NCBI GenBank assembly: GCA_026023565.1
Contig: JAPETS010000029.1
Coordinates: 1-64,000 of the forward strand
Length of the DNA: 64,000 nt
Reading direction: 5' to 3'
Source: Cirrosporium novae-zelandiae
Taxonomy: Eukaryota
The notes under the pieces are model-generated. The model saw only the letters and a list, made by a program, of their open reading frames with translations. It was not told where the DNA came from and searched no databases. Both the position numbers and the translations under genes were made by a program. This document shows, one piece after another, positions 60,730-64,000 of the stretch; the stretch's first letter is position 1; the number at the start of each line of letters is the position of its first letter.

Positions 60730-63383
60730 GAAAGAGGTCGGATTAGCCTTGGTAGCTGCAAATGAGGGCGTCTGATCGGTCTAGGAAGTTCGAATTACTG
60801 AGCTTTTAGAGTTGAAAAATGATCTTCCGGATAATCTGCATCTAAACCGTCAAATTTATCATTATAATCGTCATTGATAGGTTTAATGATAGCTTGCAAA
60901 TCGCTAAGGTCTGAACTTATATTTGCTCCCCCCATCCTCGTAGATGTACTCGTCTAGATTCCCTACGAAAATAACATCATGATAGGTCAAAGGATTTGAC
61001 GATTCTTCAAATTATAGAAGGGATACTGGGTGGAGCTGACGAAGCCAACGAGACGAGATTCTCAAGAGTGGAATCCTAGTTTGTACGCTTCTCTTTTGGG
61101 GCGTTTGCTCAACACTTTGGGCCTAGAATCCTAATATGCGAGAGATCTAAGACTAAATCGGGAGTGGATTCGAATGGAGTCTTATCGTTCTCAGCCGCTG
61201 GACTGCGGTTAATGAAATAATCTGATGCATAGATGTAGAAGGGCCACAAATATTTAGGCGTCTTGCTGTTAGCTGGGATAGCAGGGGCATGCTTCATAAG
61301 GATACCGTTCCTTCTCTCCGCTTTGCCACTTTCTTGAGGAGGATATCGACTGGTAATTTCGAGACCAATACCTACTGTATATGCCTATCTTCTTAACTCG
61401 TTACTGTTGAATTCGCCTCCCTCGTCGAACCGGAGACATTGGACAACGATGTTAAGCTGAGTCTTTATGGATTGAACGAAATCCTTAATGGTTTGTAGAG
61501 CCTGGCTTTTCTTAGCGAGACATCTAACGGTGACATAGACAGTGGCGAAATCTGTCAAGCAGAGGAAGTACTTCTCCCTTAAACAGCCCTGGACATGGAA
61601 GGGACCACATAAATCAGCCCAGACATGTTGTCCGGGCTTATAGGACAGTGTAACTTTGACGAAAAGTCGGTGATGTTGCTCTGCTTTAATGCAATATTCA
61701 CAAAACTTGTGATTAATGAGACCTTTTGAGGTACATTTCGGAGGACATGTATTTGAGACAGAGAAGGTTCCGATAGCCAATATGACCCATTCTACAATAT
61801 TAGATCCGAGGGGAAATACGACAAGAAGGGGGAGTGATAGCGTGAATAGTACACCGATTAAGACAATAATCTCGCAAGGAGACGGCTTCAGAGCCAGTAG
61901 TTCGGGGGAGCTAAGTGTCGACCAATCCGTCAATGAATGCGACAGGACGACCACCTGGATTTTGGACAATATCGGAGGGTCTACTAGCTTTGAAGTTGAC
62001 TTCCAACCCTATGTCGCTGAGTTTGACAACATTGATAATGTTGCTAGTCAGATTATGTATGTATAGTACCATACATTTTTCAATCGCAGGGCATGAACAG
62101 ATCTATCTAGATGTAGGAGGTTGATGATGACATCTCCATACACTTTATCAGCAGTAAGCTATCCTTCTACAGTCCAGAAGACTATGAACGCAGGCGTAAA
62201 GACGACGAGGTTCTCTCTCGAATGGATGAGACACGTTTGATGGTTCCGGAATCGGCTTCAAAACGATAAAGGACCCAGTCATCAGCTATATCACAGGTGA
62301 TCAGCTTGGCTCGACCAGCTGAATAGATATTGTTAATGTATGCAATATGGCCGCTAAGCTCTAGTTGCTGAGCAATCTTGGCAGGTAAGTTGTCAATATC
62401 AATGGTACGTCTGGTAGCTTTATTGAATACCTTATTTGCTGATTCTCCCCGCCTTTCTTGACCGAACTGATTCAGCTGATCCTTGTTCGGATCCCTAGGC
62501 TTGAAGCCAGCTAGGAGGAGGTAGGGATGACATGCCCAGCACTTATCATGAGTTGTCGGAAGTGCATCAAATGTGGAAGAGTCAGTACGAGCAGATTACG
62601 AGTTTGAGGACTTATTTGACTGGGTGTTATCCTTTAGTTTCGCTGGCTTGACTGGACGAATGGTCTCATTCTCACTAGATAACTTCATGTTCTTTTCAAA
62701 GGACAGATCACGAAGTAGAGTATCTATATTGTGGGACAAACCTGAAGACAGAGTTTCTATCGGACCTAGATGCTGTACTTCTCAGTGATAGTGCCGAGCA
62801 ACTTCCAATAACGAACTTGCTTGCTAATCTCGGTATCCTGTTGAATGAGCGCATGGGCAATCTAATGAGAGCGTAAAAATGTCAGCGTTCTTGGGCCTTG
62901 TAAGATGTAGACGAAGGAACCTCCGAGCAGCTGAGAAATGACTAGTTTCGGGAGACGTAGCGAATCGAGCAATGAGAATAGTCCAGGCTGATGCTGGAGT
63001 CTTCGCGTTCTCGATTATCTCGAAAACGGCGGGACCGACAGACTGGAAGAGCCAGAACTGAGCCGTGTGCTTATCGTCTTGTGTTTCATCCTCTTCCATT
63101 TATCATTTATGAATCGCCTGTTGAAGTCGCTCACTGGCATCAAAGGTGTGAAGTTTCTTGACATCATCTTCATTCTTGAAGTCCACAACAGGGTACCCTC
63201 GAATCAGGGCAAAAACAAGACGTTCCCCGATGTCAGATAAAGTAGGATTCGACCTACTGACAGGTTCTATTTTGACTGAACAGAGCTTGGTAAGTATAAG
63301 GAATTGAATGAGCTTTATGGACCATGATTACCATTGCTTGCGTTATTACGCTTCTTGGTGGTCAGCTTCGCCGGCGAAAGGAA
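60730..63383 (-). mobile_element. Degenerate, truncated Ty1/copia retrotransposon (gag-protease-integrase; no RT/RNase H or LTR seen)
   Basis: Minus-strand order is gag-like (EIIENAKTPASAWTIL), knuckle-like (HDKCWACHP), protease (ADSG..LKNVWY..NIINVVKLSDIGLEVNF), pre-integrase (RMGHIG, CEYC) and integrase core (ADLCGP, TDFAT, RFDEGGEF, PQESGKAER). Many stops and frameshifts. Confidence 0.85.
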
Positions 63384-63385
63384 TA

Positions 63386-63946
63386 GACCAGACCGACCAG
63401 ACCAAGGCCCTTGGTCTGGTCGGTCACATGATGAGACATGGGTTTAATTGGTCAGTGAATAATTGTATAATATGAGTTAATCAAGGTCTTGGCGGAGGCA
63501 TTGAAGTGTTCTTTACCAGCAGCATCCTAGCTAGGGATATCACAAAAGCTGGAATAACCTGCTCTATTCCAGCTAGCTAAGCACACCACAAAAACTGGAA
63601 TAATATGCTCCATTCCAACTAAGGCATTGCCACATTCTGCCGTCCATTGTCCCAATTCCAAAGCTTTCCTTAATAATAATGTAAACTCGTATGCGGAATT
63701 AAAAACATAGGCGCAAAAGTCAGTAAAATGCTCAGCGGAAACCTCACTCAGGGGCACACCCGGCGGGTATTCGGGGGTGGTGAAATATATATTAATTATA
63801 CGCTTTTAGCTCTAGTCCAAACCCAGAATTCAGAAATCTCTAACTCCGATATCCTTAACATCAACAAAATTCCCTTCTCTACCATGAAATTCGCATTTAT
63901 ATAGACCAGATAGACCTTGAGTAGCTAGGGTCTGGTCGGTCTGGTC
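63386..63946. repeat. 18-bp inverted repeats (GACCAGACCGACCAGACC) bracketing about 560 bp; left end contains a 17-bp-arm palindrome
   Basis: 63386-63403 is the reverse complement of 63929-63946. 63391-63407 and 63409-63425 form a perfect palindrome. Confidence 0.75.
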
Positions 63947-64000
63947 GATCTAGGTTAGACCGCTTATTTAGTCTGGAGCTTCATCTCCGAATCGACAGCC

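Noticed and set aside
61716..62066. 116-aa plus-strand ORF with a TTWILD protease-like word
   Set aside because: It is antisense to recognisable copia protease and pre-integrase sequence on the minus strand, so it is a shadow ORF.

Overview
Gene-dense region of a filamentous ascomycete (Pezizomycotina) nuclear genome, judged from spliceosomal GT-AG introns with CTRAY branch points, a Zn2Cys6 factor and RIP-like decay of repeats. About 20 intact intron-containing or single-exon genes are supported: a C2H2 TF, CSN1, a GH78 rhamnosidase, a UBE2W-type E2, a GRGGAGNI-repeat protein, PEX13, TFIIS, NDUFAF7, a cysteine synthase, an Scm3-Myb protein, ATG6, a cupin, cyanide hydratase, a Zn2Cys6 TF, a SUT1-like transporter, G6PD, RPL33, a DUF2406 protein, VMA21 and FUN30. 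There is also an RBR/IBR ligase pseudogene and a decayed Ty1/copia element near the right end. The most notable observations are five. (1) An accessory island at about 33.3-42.5 kb holds a cyanide hydratase divergent from a Zn2Cys6 TF, whose DNA-binding domain is split by a 251-nt intron that folds into a large multi-branch RNA with a degenerate hammerhead-like core. (2) Two in-phase 5' splice sites could give three isoforms of the C2H2 TF. (3) A set of short GACC-rich palindromic elements is dispersed in the window. (4) The rhamnosidase promoter carries a CGG-N11-CCG palindrome plus phased CGG repeats. (5) There are relics of a WD40 NLR-type repeat and of a second Myb repeat. Exon boundaries were read by eye. 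Family assignments come from motif recognition, not database searches. No tRNA, rRNA or CRISPR array is supported.
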